From the NCBI GenBank assembly GCA_905178155.1, contig CAJINV010000014.1, forward strand, positions 1,815,984-1,879,983: 64,000 bases of DNA, written 5' to 3'. Made by a program: the position numbers and the translations under genes. The notes under the pieces were generated by a model that saw nothing but the letters and a program-made list of their open reading frames with translations, had not been told where the DNA came from and made no database searches. Positions 22,497-35,910 of the stretch are shown here, in pieces; the stretch's first letter is position 1; each line of letters starts with the position of its first letter. The stretch is from Amoebophrya sp. A120. Lineage: Eukaryota; Protista; Dinoflagellata.

Positions 22497-25400
22497 TCAG
22501 TACGCGATTATGTAGAAAAAGTCGGCGAATACCATGAAGTAGAAGGAAACGCGAAAGATCAGTCCGCTCTCCCAGCTGCCGTGGGGCACGTGCGCGTCAA
22601 ACAACACGGTCGAGAAATACCAGGCACCTAGGGCCGCGGCGACGTTTTTCACGGTGGCAATCATCGCAATCGAGCTGGCTCGGTGGTGTATCAGCTTTGG
22701 GTCGCAGGAGATCGCCTGGGTCAGAAACGCGAACCGCATCGAGCTCTGCCACCCCATAAGACAGGTGAACGCAGAAAAGACCATGTACAGCTTCGGCCCG
22801 CGATATGCGGCGGAAATCCATGTTCTTTCACTTTCAAGTTCATACTGCGCAATCCGTTGACTTTGATTATGCACGAAGAAGATATGTCTTTATGACTCAC
22901 TGATGCAACAGGCACCATAGACATGCACATGTGCATCAAAAAGCTTGCATTATCTTAGCGCACCATGGAAGTGAAAGAGTTCTTGGTGGAGCAGGTAGGG
23001 TGGATTTCACACAGCATACGACAACAGGAATGTGGGCGGAGAGGCTGTAAGAGCCCATGCACAAATATCCCAGATAACAGAACTGCTCACACCATGATCG
23101 CCCTCAATGTCAGTTTTCCCTTTTTGTGTTGCATAAAAAAAATGCAAAACACGGCCGCCCGTACTTCAATGCGCATATGGGCATCACAAACTTAGGGCGA
23201 GAGATGGTGAGCAAGGAGGTACTATCCATGTTGATAACAGTGTTTGAAACACCGATGCGACAATGAGCAGTTTCCCGAGCTTCTTGTACACATCTTGGCC
23301 TTCATCCTGTGCTCCTGCTTCTGCAGATAAAGGGCGCGCACTAGAAGAAGTAGCCGTGTGGAGGAGAGTATGTGTCGTGGAGTCGTTTCTATCTCTATCC
23401 AGAGGAATAAAATTTTCATCCCCATCAAGCAATAGCAACATCTATTTTCGCATCGCAAATACAGACACGCGCACGACTTCATGTTTTCCATGCCAAATAA
23501 TTCTAAATGCAAATGGGGGTAAAAAGAACAATTTTACTGTGGATAATTTTGCTCGAAGCGCTCCAGTTGGCCTTCTTGATCTAGATGCTGCTGGAAATCG
23601 AATTCCGTGCCGCCAATTTCTTGATTCTGGCTCCTGCTTCCGTTTGAACCGCTGTAGCTGCTCGCGCTACTTGTGGTTTGTCTCTCTCCACCACCACGAC
23701 CGACAGCGACATACCGCAACACGAAGGGTAGGAGCGACAAGCTGCAGACGTGCACCCAGCCAAGCTTCGCCCACAGCCGCTCCAACGCCCCGGGCGCCCA
23801 GTCCCAGACAGCGATGGTATAGGACGCCAAAACTTCCCACTTGCTCTCCGCGAGGTAGTAGAACAGAATCTGCACTGACCAAAGCCTAAGAAACGAGCTC
23901 TGCCGGCACAGCAGGAGATTTACCTTGAACGTTTCCCGAAACAGATTGTGAAGAAAAAGTAGCCGCGAGCGCCAACTATGCCAGTCGAACAGAGACGCCA
24001 AGTAGTGGTGGACGGCCTTTTCAATACTACCGCCCTTGTTCATCTGCGAGGTTGGCCCTGCTCCTCCAAAAAACGCTGAATGCAGATTGGTCTGCTGCTG
24101 AATTTTCGAGTCTTTTGTCGACCCGCGACCTCCGTTCATGTCAACGTCGCCGAAGGAGGCAGCTCCTCCTGCTGTGGCGTATGCAATGCAAAAGTATCGA
24201 GGTCGCACGTAGTAGGAATCACATGGCAAAAGTTATTTGTATAACGAAAATATGGATAATTTCCTACATGCAGATTCAAATAAAGAAAGGAGCTGCTCGG
24301 TCATGCGTGACTGGCCTGATTTATAAAGCGTACGGATGCGTCGCCTTGGCCTTTTGCACAGGATAATAATATTGTGTCCACTTCATTAACATCGTCCCAG
24401 TAGCTTGAGGACCTCCGTCTTTTCAGGAGCTCCTGCTCATCTTGGTTGCCATTCCGCTCGCGTTGCGTTGTGACCGCCTTGTGCAGTCCGAAAGAAGCGT
24501 TATCCCCGTGGCCTAGTGTCGTGGGGTGGTGGTGCTGTGTAGTGGCCGAGTTCGCTCCTGCTGTGGTGGATGACAAAGGTGAACCTGGCCGGGAACAAGA
24601 AGAAGTGGGGGAGCTACCACTGCTACCTCGACTTAGTCGCGGTGGCGACGGCGAGAGTTCTGCAGAATAACCATCGGCAGTAGTTGTCGTGGAAAATGAG
24701 GTTGACGCAGTAGAAGTTGCGGCTGCTGCTGCAGTTTCTGTACTTGCGCCAGCCGTTCTTCTGGGAGAGGACTCCCCCCAAGGTGCGTTTATTCCACTTC
24801 GTGCGGTGATTCGCTTTCGACAACACGAAGCCATCGTGCTTGTGGTGACGAGTTGCGGAAGTTTATACAAATTATACCGGTGGAAAGATGAACTTATACC
24901 GGCATTATGTGCAGCGGAAGTTGTAGAAAATGAGTCGTGAGGCGGGACATCATTTTCAACATTCGTCAGCCTACCGTCGTGGTCGACGAGGTTGTATTCT
25001 GACGACACAACCGAACGCATTTCGCCGCCAGCTGCCATGTTGTTCCCAACGTCATTTCTCGTCGTGTGAGCGGTCGTTGCGGCTGCAGCTGCGCTTCCCT
25101 TTCGTGGCTTCGTCTCCGGCAGAAACTTGCTTTGCCAGAGAAACACGACGAAGGCAATCAAGAAGCAGATAACGTAGACTTTTCCGAAATCCGAGGGCAG
25201 AAGGACGCCAATGGATTGTTCTTGCGCATGGTGCATCGACAACGCTGGAGATGCAGATGACACTGCATCTGCGCTACTTGTAGCTTCTTGTTGTGGCTGG
25301 TCCGTGTCATTCACTCTTGGTTCCAACCTGCTGGACAAGAACCTCGCTACGAGAAACTGAGCCACCGTGGTGCACAGCATGCTGGTGATGTCGAAAAAAG

Positions 25401-27687
25401 TGTTCATGGTCACCTGCAAATTCACGTCGTGTGCGCAGTATCCAGAGACAAATTCGTTTTCTTCCTTTGACCAGACACGACGGACGACGGAGAAAAAGCA
25501 CGACTCAAAATTCAGGCAACAGCTGTACGAGTTTTGCGTAGGGCTTGCTTGAAAAATATACGAGCAATTAAGATCAGAGAGCAGTCATGTTCATGTCAAC
25601 ACGTTGCACTGAAGATACAGGTTGTAATACGTCGTGCGTCGTGCTGGCACAATAACTACATATTGAAGCTCCATTGCCTCGCATACGGAAAGATCCATCA
25701 TGATATTGTGAATGGCGAAGCCGAGACAGTTGTAGGCCGGCGGATCCAGGAAAAAACACCCATCCACATCAACTTTTTACATGACAGGCACTGGACTTGA
25801 TGCGAGTTTTGCATGGCAAATTGGATGGGGATGGGTCTTTTTTTGTGGATACAGTGCACCGTGGAAAAAAACCGCGACGGGGACGAGAATGGAGTCGAGG
25901 TTATGAAAGCACCAGGATCGAAATCGACGATAGAAGTTGAAATAGCTTGCAATCTTTATGCACAAAACCGGTGGCACTTGGAAGCCCAGTTTCATCTAAG
26001 CGGCGCATGACAGATTTCGGTATTTAGCACATATATCTAGTCTGTCAGGCTGGTTTGGGAAAGAGAGCATCGTTTGTCATGCTACTTGAGCCAGTCTATC
26101 TCCAACCCCGAACAGGCTGACAATCGGACTGACTTGCCTGCCCTCCAATACAGGCAGTTTGGGCATTCGCATTGCATTTTATGCATTACAAATTTTGACT
26201 TCGACTTTGTCGATTTCGATTATGACACCCCCATACAGGTTCGGCCGGACATAGTGTTCGAAGAATCCGGTGAGCAGCCTGCTCGCGAACGGCGGCAGTG
26301 GGAAGATGATGTGACTCTCCACGGTGGCTGCGTCAATGTCTTCCAGCTTTTGCTGCTCTACTAGTACTTCTTGTTGGGGAACGACGAAGTTACTTTGCTG
26401 CAGCATCGTCGTCCCTCCTGCTGCGGAATCTTCGGGACTACCAATTTTTCCGCTAGAAAACGGCGAAGAAGTGGTCCAACTATGTCGATGCCCTTCTTGT
26501 TGAGCAAGACTTCCGACGTCGGGATCTGGCATGGGAAACAACGCGCTTGATGTTCGTCCCAGAGATCCTGCTGCCTTATCGTGTTGGAAGCCGAAGGCGA
26601 CGATCGAAAGCAAGAAGAAGTAGAGGATCAGCCCCAAACACGCGTAGTGCGTGATGTATTTGCGACCGTACATGTCCCCCAAGCAACCGAACACGGGCAG
26701 GCTAAATGCGTGTGCCAGGATCCGCACACAGTCCAACCGGCCCCCGCGCTGTTGCGCCTGCTCCACAACCTGGTCGTGGTCGTCACAGTAAAACGAGGCA
26801 CGCTGGTACTGCATGTTGGGGGGAGCAGCGGACGCTGTTGCAGTTTCTGCGCCTGTAGGATTTCTTGCGGCAGGAGGTTCCACTTCTGAGGCTTTTGATG
26901 TGCTGGTCTTGCTGCCCGTGGTCGTGCTTTGCGCGGTGGTACTGCTGAACAAGTAAGAACTACTGCTGGCGCCCCGCTCGCCCTCGACAACGAACAACTT
27001 CTCTTCGTCCTGCAGAGAGGTGGCTGAAGATGCGCTTTGTAGAAGATCTTCTCGTTTGGGCGGCGCTCCATCTTGTGCTGGACCGATTCCTTTAACGGCG
27101 CCGGTTGTGAAGAAGATGTCCTTAACATCATTTTTTCGCCGGTCGTGGGCCTCCTTCTCATTGGTTCGGTCCCGGGGATGCAGGAATTGCGTGGACGAGA
27201 ACCACTTCGCGACGTCTCCTGTGTGTTGCTCTTGATCTTGTCCACCTAGTGCCACTTGACCGATTTCCATCTTCGCGTCTTTTCGTTCCACCGCATTATT
27301 GCCATTGGTCTGCTCCTCCTCCTCCTTCGCAAGGGCAGCGGAAGTAGCTCCTGAAGTTCCTTCGTTCGCAGCATCACTGCTCTGCGGTAGTTCATCCGAA
27401 ACATCACCTGCACGACCACGAGGACTCATACCTGCCTCGCGCTCCTGCGGCAGCTGGAGCAGAGATGGTGGAGACGCAGTTGTGGTTATTTTCGAGCTGG
27501 AGGCGCCCGTATCAAAAACCGGCGTTGGCGAAAAGAGCGACGACTCCGAGTTTCTCGTAGTTGTCGTGTCACACACGACCAAGCTGCGCAAAAAGGGCAC
27601 AAACAAGGAACGCTCCAGCTGGGAGAGCGCCGTCTGACCCAGGAGGTGCACCCCAAGCAGGGCCCACGTGCCTGGCGGGACTCTCAT
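22497..27687 (-). CDS. major facilitator superfamily transporter (TetA/HIAT1/SLC46-like) with long low-complexity loops
   Basis: MFS motif A-like FGCLGDMYGRK; many TM segments across exons; junctions VRPNL|DSILVPVAVFFHGAL|AYNCLGFAIHN restored by insert removal; C-terminal TM block 22497-22874. Confidence 0.7.
23396..23545. mobile_element. diverged introner (D-like)
   Basis: Ends TATCCAGAGGAATA / TTTTACTGTGGATA; flanks ATCTC/ATTTT; joins ERFEQN|RNDST. Confidence 0.7.
24180..24365. mobile_element. diverged family-A introner, TSD not recognisable
   Basis: Family-A ends TATGCAATGCAAAAGTATCG / CTTTTGCACAGGATA; element plus 5 nt puts the flanking ORFs in frame. Confidence 0.7.
25743..25851. mobile_element. 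introner family D (first T mutated to G)
   Basis: GATCCAGGAAAAAACACCCATCC...TTTTTGTGGATA; homologous to 48512-48621; flanks match 3/5. Confidence 0.8.
25902..26235. mobile_element. introner family E, diverged
   Basis: TSD GAGGT/CAGGT; interior similar to 10354 and 38150 copies. Confidence 0.85.
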
Positions 27688-29614
27688 GATAGTCGTAGCG
27701 TTTTTTAGCTGTACTATCCACAGAATGGCGGGAGGGCAGCAGGTGTGGACTTTAAAGATCCGTACCAGCAGTTTTCTTCAGACTAGTACACGGCAAGACG
27801 CTAGTACAACACCCGGTTGGGCTTATTTGCGAGGTTGTGTCGCGACCACTCCACATCGGAGATGCGGTGACGAAGGTGTTGACGCACCACACTTGAGAGA
27901 AGAGATGAATGCTTGCGTTCTGTAAGTATCTATATAACTCTCGTCGTTCAGGAGCAGGCTCGTCGCGCTCCTGCTGAGCTGCGAGATCATTTTGGAGGTG
28001 CCCTCGTTTTCCCCACCTCTCGTCGTCGCTCCAGTTGTACATACAGATATAAGGGGGCTCCTGCTCAAGAACTCCAGGAGGTGCTCGGTGTAGTACAAGT
28101 ACGTACCCGCCTGTCTAGCTTCTATCGCACGTACTCAAAGTTATGATCTTCGGGGAAATACATCATACTTATTCGTATTCCCACAGCTTCTATCTTCGAG
28201 GAAGACGATGCTGTTCATTTGTAAAAATAAATTCGTTGATCTTCATTCTTCGTGCTCTACTTCGATAGCCGAGGCCGACGACGAACACTTTTCGCTTGTC
28301 AAATTACGCAGGCACGAGTCTGAGACCGATAGTGCACTGCTCACTTATTTTTGAATTTTCATGATGGCAGCGTTAGCGTGTGGTTTCATTTGAATCGCTC
28401 CGGGGAGCGTCGCAAAAGAAATTGATTTATCCCACGGTTTTTCGATGCTGTCGGCCGCCAGCTGCGGGCTTGCGACTGCCTGCATCGTGCATTCTGCCTT
28501 CTCGTGAAGGAAGATGCTGCTGCTTGTAATTCCGATCTGAGGAGCACAAACACGACACTACAGAAAAATGATTTCTACCGACGGGCGGCTGCGGGCTAGT
28601 TCTCCAATCTGGAGTCTAGAGTACCTTTGTCGATCTCGGTATCGTGCTATGGTGCTCTGGTGGTGCTGTGTGTGCAATAAATGAATTGGGGAGGACGTTG
28701 TCGATGCTACATAGTTCCATCAAATAGAAACAAATAAGATGAGGTTGCTGTACAACAATACTACTTCTAAAGGAGGTACTCGCTCCTCTGCTTCTTCTTC
28801 TTTTTCTTAAAGATACGGTCAACATTATTTAGTGTTGCAAGCGATCGAGTAATTTCACTATGAGCTGCAGCCTGCAGGAGTACTTACTCACGTGAATAAA
28901 CTACACACGGCACTTCATTCTTTCAAACTACTCTCGATGCTCAACACCAAAGCGAACGCCCCCGTTTTGCCTGGTTGTAGGTAAAAGCTCCTTCTTTTTC
29001 GAGCTTCCTTCTAAAAGTCATACGCCTCAACTGATTTGTGGCCGACCCTTTGCAGTAGTGTGCGGCGCGGCGCAGCCCGACATGGTCGTGAATGCTGGGG
29101 TGTTGTATCCTGTCTCGCACCCTCCGTAACCATTACCATTGTAGCCACCACTATATCTTCGTAAGCATTGAACATTAGCATTCGCATTGATCCTGATCCT
29201 GCGGGCTCCGTAATCAAACAAGATCATAAGTTTCAATATGAATATGTAGCCGTGCAGCCAATAATTTTGCAGTGGTTCCTGGAATTGCATCTCGTGCACA
29301 TAGGAGTACTACTTTCAACTACTTTTGGAAAAAAATCTTGGAATATTTATAAAATTTGTCATGAATCATACAGAAAGAAGACGAAGTGCCTTGCAAAGCA
29401 GTTAGTGTGACTTAGAATTTTTTCGATTTCGCTCACTCGCTAAATTCTGCGTTGTCCCGTCTCCGCCTTAGCGTCTCCGTTATCTCGTCCCCGCAGCGTC
29501 TTTTGAAAGTGAGCAAATCTCAATCCGGCACCTAATGAGATTCAAGGGCAGAAAAAAAACGCGAACGGCAGTCCTCGATATAAGGACTGTCTAAGGCTGA
29601 ACGCCGGGCAGATT

Positions 29615-30900
29615 TCAATAATCATATCGTCTCCGCGGATCTAGTACGCTCGGTCTCGTTGGCGGAGTGAAGCTTATGTCCCGGATTGGCGGAGTGAAGC
29701 TTGGCGGAGTGAAGCTTGGCGGAGTGAAGCTTATGTCGGGTGAGCTCAAGAAGGAAAAACTTTTGTCCTCAAATTCGATCCTCCCGCGCTGGAAAACCTC
29801 GCCCGCATAGGAGTCTGTCACATCGACTATTGCAAGACAAAATTCCCCCTCCCCATACTCAAAAGAGGATTTGTGACGTGCGACCGTTTGTATGTTTATT
29901 TAAGTACACAAGTTCAAGTCCTCAGCTCTCTCTTCCATCAAGGGACCACTGAAGGCGCGTTTTATTTTCTAGGGCTGCTCAGGCTTCTAGAACGCCAGCA
30001 GCCCTTGCCCTTCAGCATGATAGACGCTTCTAGTTCTAGTGCTAGTGCTGTACTAGGTTAAGACGCATATACAGATTGGTTGTGCACCGCCACTGCTTCG
30101 TGTCGCTCTTGCTTGCCCAATATGCAAGAGACTTTGCATACACTTACACGAATAAGCATCACAAATCTCGTTTTTTGTGGATTTTCAACCTGGCGAGTGG
30201 GGATTTTTTCCCATGATATCGACTTTTGCTGCCAAATTCAATCGACCTGTGTAGTGCCTCCACGAAGTGTAGTTGCCCTGCCCCATATGAGGGTGCACAA
30301 CTCTCCCCTCGTCACCTCATTTGTCATGCCAAGCGCAAAAAATAGTGCCGTTTCCGTTTGTCATTTGACAACGTTCGCATGACAAGTTTCGGGAGCCCGA
30401 AGGAAACTAAAAAGAGCACATGATCGCGGCCCCACGACATATGGATGAGACACTCTATATGTGTATAATCTGATATGCAAATCAAGCTGCTGCAGCTGCA
30501 GCGGAGTTGGTATTGCTATTGCTAAGCAATAGCAATACCAACTCCGCTGCATGAACAGCAAGACAAGCAGCTTGTCTTGCGGTCCATGCAATACAAATGA
30601 GTGGGGGCGGGAGTTGTGCAATCTCATAGTCAGGGAAACGATGGAGGACAGTGATTTCCGTGCTAAGCACACACAGACTCCGATCCTCGGAATTGTGCAG
30701 CAACAGAAACTTAAGCGAAACTCTCGGCAGTCTAGGGACACTACTGCGGAGCCACGGTACTGTCTGCACACTGCTCATCGTGAGCTTGAGAATGTTCCAT
30801 TCTATGCAGAGGAAGTCTTTGTTGATTTTCTTGCGAAGTGGTGCTGCAGCTGATGGTCGCATTCCAAAAAAAAAAGGCTTTGCGTGGCTTCATCACCACA
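29615..30900 (-). CDS. probable multi-exon unknown gene; 5' extent uncertain, may continue to ~32.7 kb
   Basis: Short minus-strand exons separated by two TAT...ATA inserts; product not recognised. Confidence 0.35.
29661..29733. repeat. four copies of the 15-mer GGCGGAGTGAAGCTT (SFTPP repeats on the minus strand)
   Basis: Direct repeats visible; inside ORF 29615-29821. Confidence 0.85.
29828..30218. mobile_element. introner family F
   Basis: TSD TCGAC; AAAATTCCCCCTCCCCATACTC end homologous to 37780-38091. Confidence 0.85.
30286..30628. mobile_element. introner family C, expanded, TSD degenerate
   Basis: Ends TATGAGGGTGCACAACTC / GAGTTGTGCAATCTCATA. Confidence 0.75.
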
Positions 30901-30999
30901 TCTAGCAAATGCCGCACTTAAGTACTAACTTAAACAACGGAAAGAAAAGGTGGCGAGAGCCCGCCATGGACTTGGTCGACAGGGTTTGTTTCTTGTACT

Positions 31000-31814
31000 T
31001 AGGACTTGGTCGACAGGGTTTGCTTGAACCAATCCACGCGGCGCGCGCCGCGTGGGGGTAAATGCGAATACTCTTCAGAGGAGGTCTTAAGTGAGACGTG
31101 AAGATCAGAGTCAAGCTGTCCACTTGACCTAAAGGTAGAATCTCCAAGCTCGGCTTTTATTTCTCCCTAGTGAGGTTGTTGCCTTTGGCTGCTCTCGGAG
31201 GAGCTAAAAACAGAAAAACAAAAAGCCAACAGACCGGCTAAAAACAAAAGCCAAAAGTCCGGCTTTTGCTGTCCAAAAACGAACAGCTTCTGGCTTTATT
31301 TTAGACCTAGAATTCAAGAAAGCGGCTTTTTCGTCACAGAAGTGGCTATTTTTCGTTTGTCCGGAATTGGCCAGAAGCAGCCAAAAGGTGGCCTCTTTTG
31401 GCCATGCTGGTACGTCGTGGCTTGGCGCAACCTTCAGAAGACCTTTAGAAGGTTTCTTGACCTGTTGTAAAGGCCTTCAAAAATGCAATATTTGATGGAG
31501 GCACTGCCTCTGCTACAAAAGTAGCAATATTTGGCAGTCGCAACCTTCAGAAGACCTTCAGAAGGTTTGATCGGAAGCAACCTTCAGAAGGTTTGATCAG
31601 AAATCGCAATCTTCAGAGGACCTTCTTTTTTGATCAAAAGTGTCATTTTTGATTTTCAATCTTCAGAAGGTTTTGAAAGTCCGACCTTCAGAAGGTTCAA
31701 AACTTTAAGAAGGTCAAAAAGTGAGCACCACCTGCCAAACCTTCAAAAGGTTTTTTGGATCAAAAACCTTCTGAACACGCTGCAGAGAGGACATCCTCTG
31801 GCTCTGAAGGTTCA
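31000..31814. mobile_element. probable composite transposon remnant between 45-bp direct repeats, with an array of AACCTTC(A)GAAGGTT dyads
   Basis: Repeats at 30955-30999 and 31815-31859 (42/45 identical); about 10 dyad copies at 31430-31775; inverted CCTTT(T)GGCTGC pair at about 31182 and 31389. Confidence 0.55.
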
Positions 31815-32009
31815 GAGAGCCCGCCATGGATTTGGTCGACCGGGTTTCTTTCTTGTACTCAATACACAGCGCCAGAAGCTGCACAAGCGTCCTCGCCGGT
31901 CTCGCGAAATAATAGCAATACAAAATATCATGACACAGGAAACTGGAGAGACAATGTAGCCACTCATCTGCTCGAACTCTTGCAACCACTCGAGGTGAAA
32001 ACCAACAAG

Positions 32010-32591
32010 TTACAACGAAATCCCGTGCATACAGGTGGGCGGGTAAGAAACAAGTCGGTCAGCAACGAAACGGTCCGTGCCCTTGGCAGAAAAAAAATCG
32101 AACGGCAGCGGAAGTCTTTCGCCAGGCCGACCCACGAGACGTTTCTCCAACTCCACCCCCAGAAGCATGCTATTTGAGTCTAGTTTGTCCGCAGTGAGCT
32201 CTTCGAAATCTGCGAGTACGGACTCTTCATTTCCGGTTTGTGGAGCCTGCGTGTGGCGCGGACCCAGGTCGAGCAAGAGCCTCCGAAAGCGTCCGTTCTG
32301 ACGTACAAGCGTATCCCAAACGAAGCCCGCGAATTCTTTGGCACTATCAACCTGGCCCGGCTCAGAAAACAGCGTCCCATCTCTGAAAGAAGCCACCGGG
32401 CTCGTGTCTGACAGTCGGCCCAACGCCGCAGCGATGCCCGTTTCCATGGCTGGGAATCTCTCCGCATGGTTGGCAGCGAAGTATCTATTCCTTCGCTTTC
32501 CGCAGCGCGTTGCTCTGCAAGAATCCGCCACGTCCGAGGCCCGCATCCGAAAAAATTCTTGCTTGGAGCCCAGGATCGCTCTCTTGGGCAA
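32010..32591 (-). CDS. unknown ORF/exon
   Basis: 193-aa minus-strand ORF co-oriented with its neighbours; no motif recognised. Confidence 0.35.
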   Translation of the reverse strand: MPKRAILGSKQEFFRMRASDVADSCRATRCGKRRNRYFAANHAERFPAMETGIAAALGRLSDTSPVASFRDGTLFSEPGQVDSAKEFAGFVWDTLVRQNGRFRRLLLDLGPRHTQAPQTGNEESVLADFEELTADKLDSNSMLLGVELEKRLVGRPGERLPLPFDFFSAKGTDRFVADRLVSYPPTCMHGISL

Positions 32592-34611
32592 ACTTGTTCC
32601 ACGCTGGCATGTTCAGTTCCTTGAGCGCCGCACTTCGACTCCGCGTCGCATGACACAAGATTGTCGAGAAGCAGGAGGAGAGACAAACACACACGCGGAT
32701 GAAGAAAAAGATCGAGATCGAGGAACTCTTGTTCCTCCTGCTGTCTGGTGGAGTCAAAGTAGAAACGGGCGACATCATTTTTTTCAGGAATATAAACAGC
32801 AACTAAATGGAAGCTAGGTCCAACGTGTGTAAGAAGATGGTTTTGTTGTTTTTGCTTTGTTTTCTATACCGAAGCTGAGGCTGAGAACTTGTTGCGTATC
32901 GCAATGTACGTGGCCGTGATTTGTGCTAAACTTGGGCTACTGCGATAGTTGTTTGCTTGTTTTGGATGGTCACTCACGTGGAACCTCTTGAAAGTTTTTG
33001 AAAGTTTTTTTGCTTTCTGTTTCTCCTCACGCGGCTAGCGCTACTTCAATAAAAAGACAAGCAAAGCAAACAACTACTTGTGGCTTGGACCCTATAGAAA
33101 AGATTTTTTGCTGGAGGATGGCTACACCTACACGAACCTTGGGAAAAGGTAAAAAGTTGGTGCTGTTGGTGTTGAAAAGATAAATGATTCGAATTTATTC
33201 GAATAATAAAAATATACAGCTGCGATAATTCAAGACACGTACTTAAAAGTTGTTCTGTACTGCTAGCAAGTGGGCGTGGAAAGAGCAGGGTGGGTTCCTG
33301 TTTGATTCACTAGCATGGAATTGCACTTCTTTATGTAGACTAAGAGACGTCGCGCCACAACTACAAGCGCAAGTCGCTTTGATGGTGATTTACATAGCCT
33401 TCGGGTCTCTATAACAACAAACATTTTCTGAATGATGATGATCTTGCTTCAAAACCGATGACTACCTCCGTTCGATCTCCTCTCGTTTAAAATCGAAACA
33501 CACAGATGCGCTGTAGATCCATTCTTGTGAAGACGTTTCGGCTTTGATGCCAGCAGCTCAATATGCAATTAGACCGATGGAACTTTTACTTGTACTTTCA
33601 CCCTTTCCTGAAGATCCATCTGCATCTTCTGAATTTCAGCTGCGTCCGTTATTCAGCGAAAAAAAATACCATGACTATGACCGACATCGTTTCTTCTGCA
33701 GCATAGGCGGCGAGATTTCCGAAGATCGAGAAACATCAGACGTGTCGATTTTGCGAAGATCAAAAAGGAGATTACCGATGATGATCTCGTGCCAACAGGC
33801 CACAGTGACTCGCAACTTCCAGCAGAACAGAGACGAGGGTTTTGCAGAGAAGGTCGACTCTTTGTCGAAGGTATGACTCGTTCTCTACACGCCGAAGTTG
33901 CGTCTAGTACGGCTATATTTGTAAAGGAAAAAAGTACAGCACCTAGAAGATCTACAGGAGTGGGACGAAAAACTACTGAAACAGAAACTTAGGAACTGCA
34001 ATCGATTTCGGTCCTCATAATCGTAAAGCCGCGCTAGTATCAATTAAATTGCATGATCAGCAATATTAAACCTGCTCTTTTCTGCTGCCTGCTGTGGTCG
34101 TGGTCCTGATTTAAGTACATAGTTTGGAAATATTTTATTCGGATTTCCTTTTGTTCATGGTCTGATTCCGATCTCACTCGTCTGGACAGATCGGGTGGTG
34201 AAACCGCTTCACCGAGTATCAAGCAGAAAAGTGTTATTAACGCAAGCGGTTTATTTCAGAAACTGCAAAAATCAGGCATGACAGATTTTGCTTCGCACGC
34301 AGTCTTTGCAATGCAGATTTCTTGCTCTTTCTGCATGCGATGGGTTCTTGCATTACAAATTCCGTGAACGTTGGTTAATACATTTTCTTCTGATACCAAG
34401 GAGTCCGAAATAATCCCGTACAGCTCCAACGCATTGCATCCAAGAAACAATTGCCATCTTCTTCTTCACTTCATCCCTCCACTTGTATTTGTAAAGTAAT
34501 GCGCGAGCGCGCAACAAGAAAAGTAGAAATTGAAATGCAGTTTAAATTTTCATGCGTATGTGTAAACCATGCAAGACAAATTGGAGTCGATTATGGCATA
34601 ATTTTCATTCC

Positions 34612-35376
34612 TCAGGATACATTGTCGATTCGTTTTAGTTCGGAGTTCAGGCTGGTGATCCGCCTTCCGCAGTGGTTGTGTAAGCAGAGGGCGTCGTGCC
34701 GCTCTTTTCCGCACATCTGCTCGTAGTCGACACTGTCACACACATCTTTGAACTCGGTCGCGTCTGTCTCGTCCACATTTTTACTTGCACTGGCCAGTAT
34801 CAGGGCTGTCGTGGCTCCTGCACCTCGCGACGACTTGTTTGTCGCCGACCGCAGGATGTCTTTGACTTTTTCCTTGCGCATCACCGTGGCCGCTTTTTCG
34901 TTTTGCTGTAAGCAGTGATGCTTTTTCTCCGTGGCCAGCTGGATCTTGGCCAGACAGGTCCCGGACTCCTTGGTCACCAGAGACAGGTCCCGCACAAACG
35001 CCGCGCACTTCTCTGCCTTGACGCTCTTCAGCTGCTCCTCCCGGCACTGGCACTCCTGCAGCATGGCGCTGCAATACTTGGTCGAGTCGTCTTCCAGTAG
35101 GTGCTGGTTGGCTTGCGGACACACGATCGGGGTGGACAAGGAAGGTTTATTTGCGCCGCCGGATATTACGTAGAAGGTCGCTGTCCTCGCAGATTTATCT
35201 TGTGACGTCGTTCTTTTTGAGAACTTGAAAAAGCTCTTCCAGGAGGACGAGGAGCGATCTACAGTCCGTGTATCGACGCCTAGTTCCAGAGAAAAAGCGC
35301 AGCGCGCGACGAAAAGCAGAGCAACGACGATTGAAACGCCGGGTGCAGGCGGAGCCCGCAAGGAGCGACCGAGCAT
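34612..35376 (-). CDS. putative secreted cysteine-rich protein
   Basis: Signal-peptide-like VSIVVALLFVARCAFS; about 11 Cys; 254-aa ORF; may continue by splicing. Confidence 0.55.
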   Translation of the reverse strand: MLGRSLRAPPAPGVSIVVALLFVARCAFSLELGVDTRTVDRSSSSWKSFFKFSKRTTSQDKSARTATFYVISGGANKPSLSTPIVCPQANQHLLEDDSTKYCSAMLQECQCREEQLKSVKAEKCAAFVRDLSLVTKESGTCLAKIQLATEKKHHCLQQNEKAATVMRKEKVKDILRSATNKSSRGAGATTALILASASKNVDETDATEFKDVCDSVDYEQMCGKERHDALCLHNHCGRRITSLNSELKRIDNVS

Positions 35377-35910
35377 CTTGTACTAATGACACGCAGCAAG
35401 CGATCGAGGGTCGAGGAAGAGGTACTACATGACGATCATGTATGAAGATCTTTTATCAATCACGTCAGAACACTTGTCTCATGTGTCAATCCAATGTACT
35501 TATATTTATACGTTCATCAAACAAAAGTAGATAAAGAATGCGCTGTGGACTCGCGCTCGTAGCGGCAACTGCCAGAGCATCTCTCTCTTCTGGTGAACTA
35601 GACATAGACTCGTGGGAAAAGCAAAAATACTGTTTCACGAATGTCATCGAACAAAGAAGATCTGGTCGTCCTATGCCCTGTTCATTTGACACCGTGCTGC
35701 GTGATCCTCATTGCCAGAAAAAATATCACTCGTTACCTTCGGCGTGCCATAAAGTTTCGATTTTGATAAATCATACACAAGAAACAAGGCTATCAGCTTC
35801 ACCGTGCCCTTACTTTCACGTCCCTTGTATTAAGCTGAAATTTTATTTGGAAAAGAAAATGAGCTAGTTATTTTCGCTCCACCTCGTCCTCATTCATCTC
35901 AAAGCAAGCC

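Noticed and set aside
31430-31775. CRISPR-like array of palindromic repeats
   Set aside because: Repeats are only 15 bp, degenerate and irregularly spaced; no cas genes; eukaryotic context.
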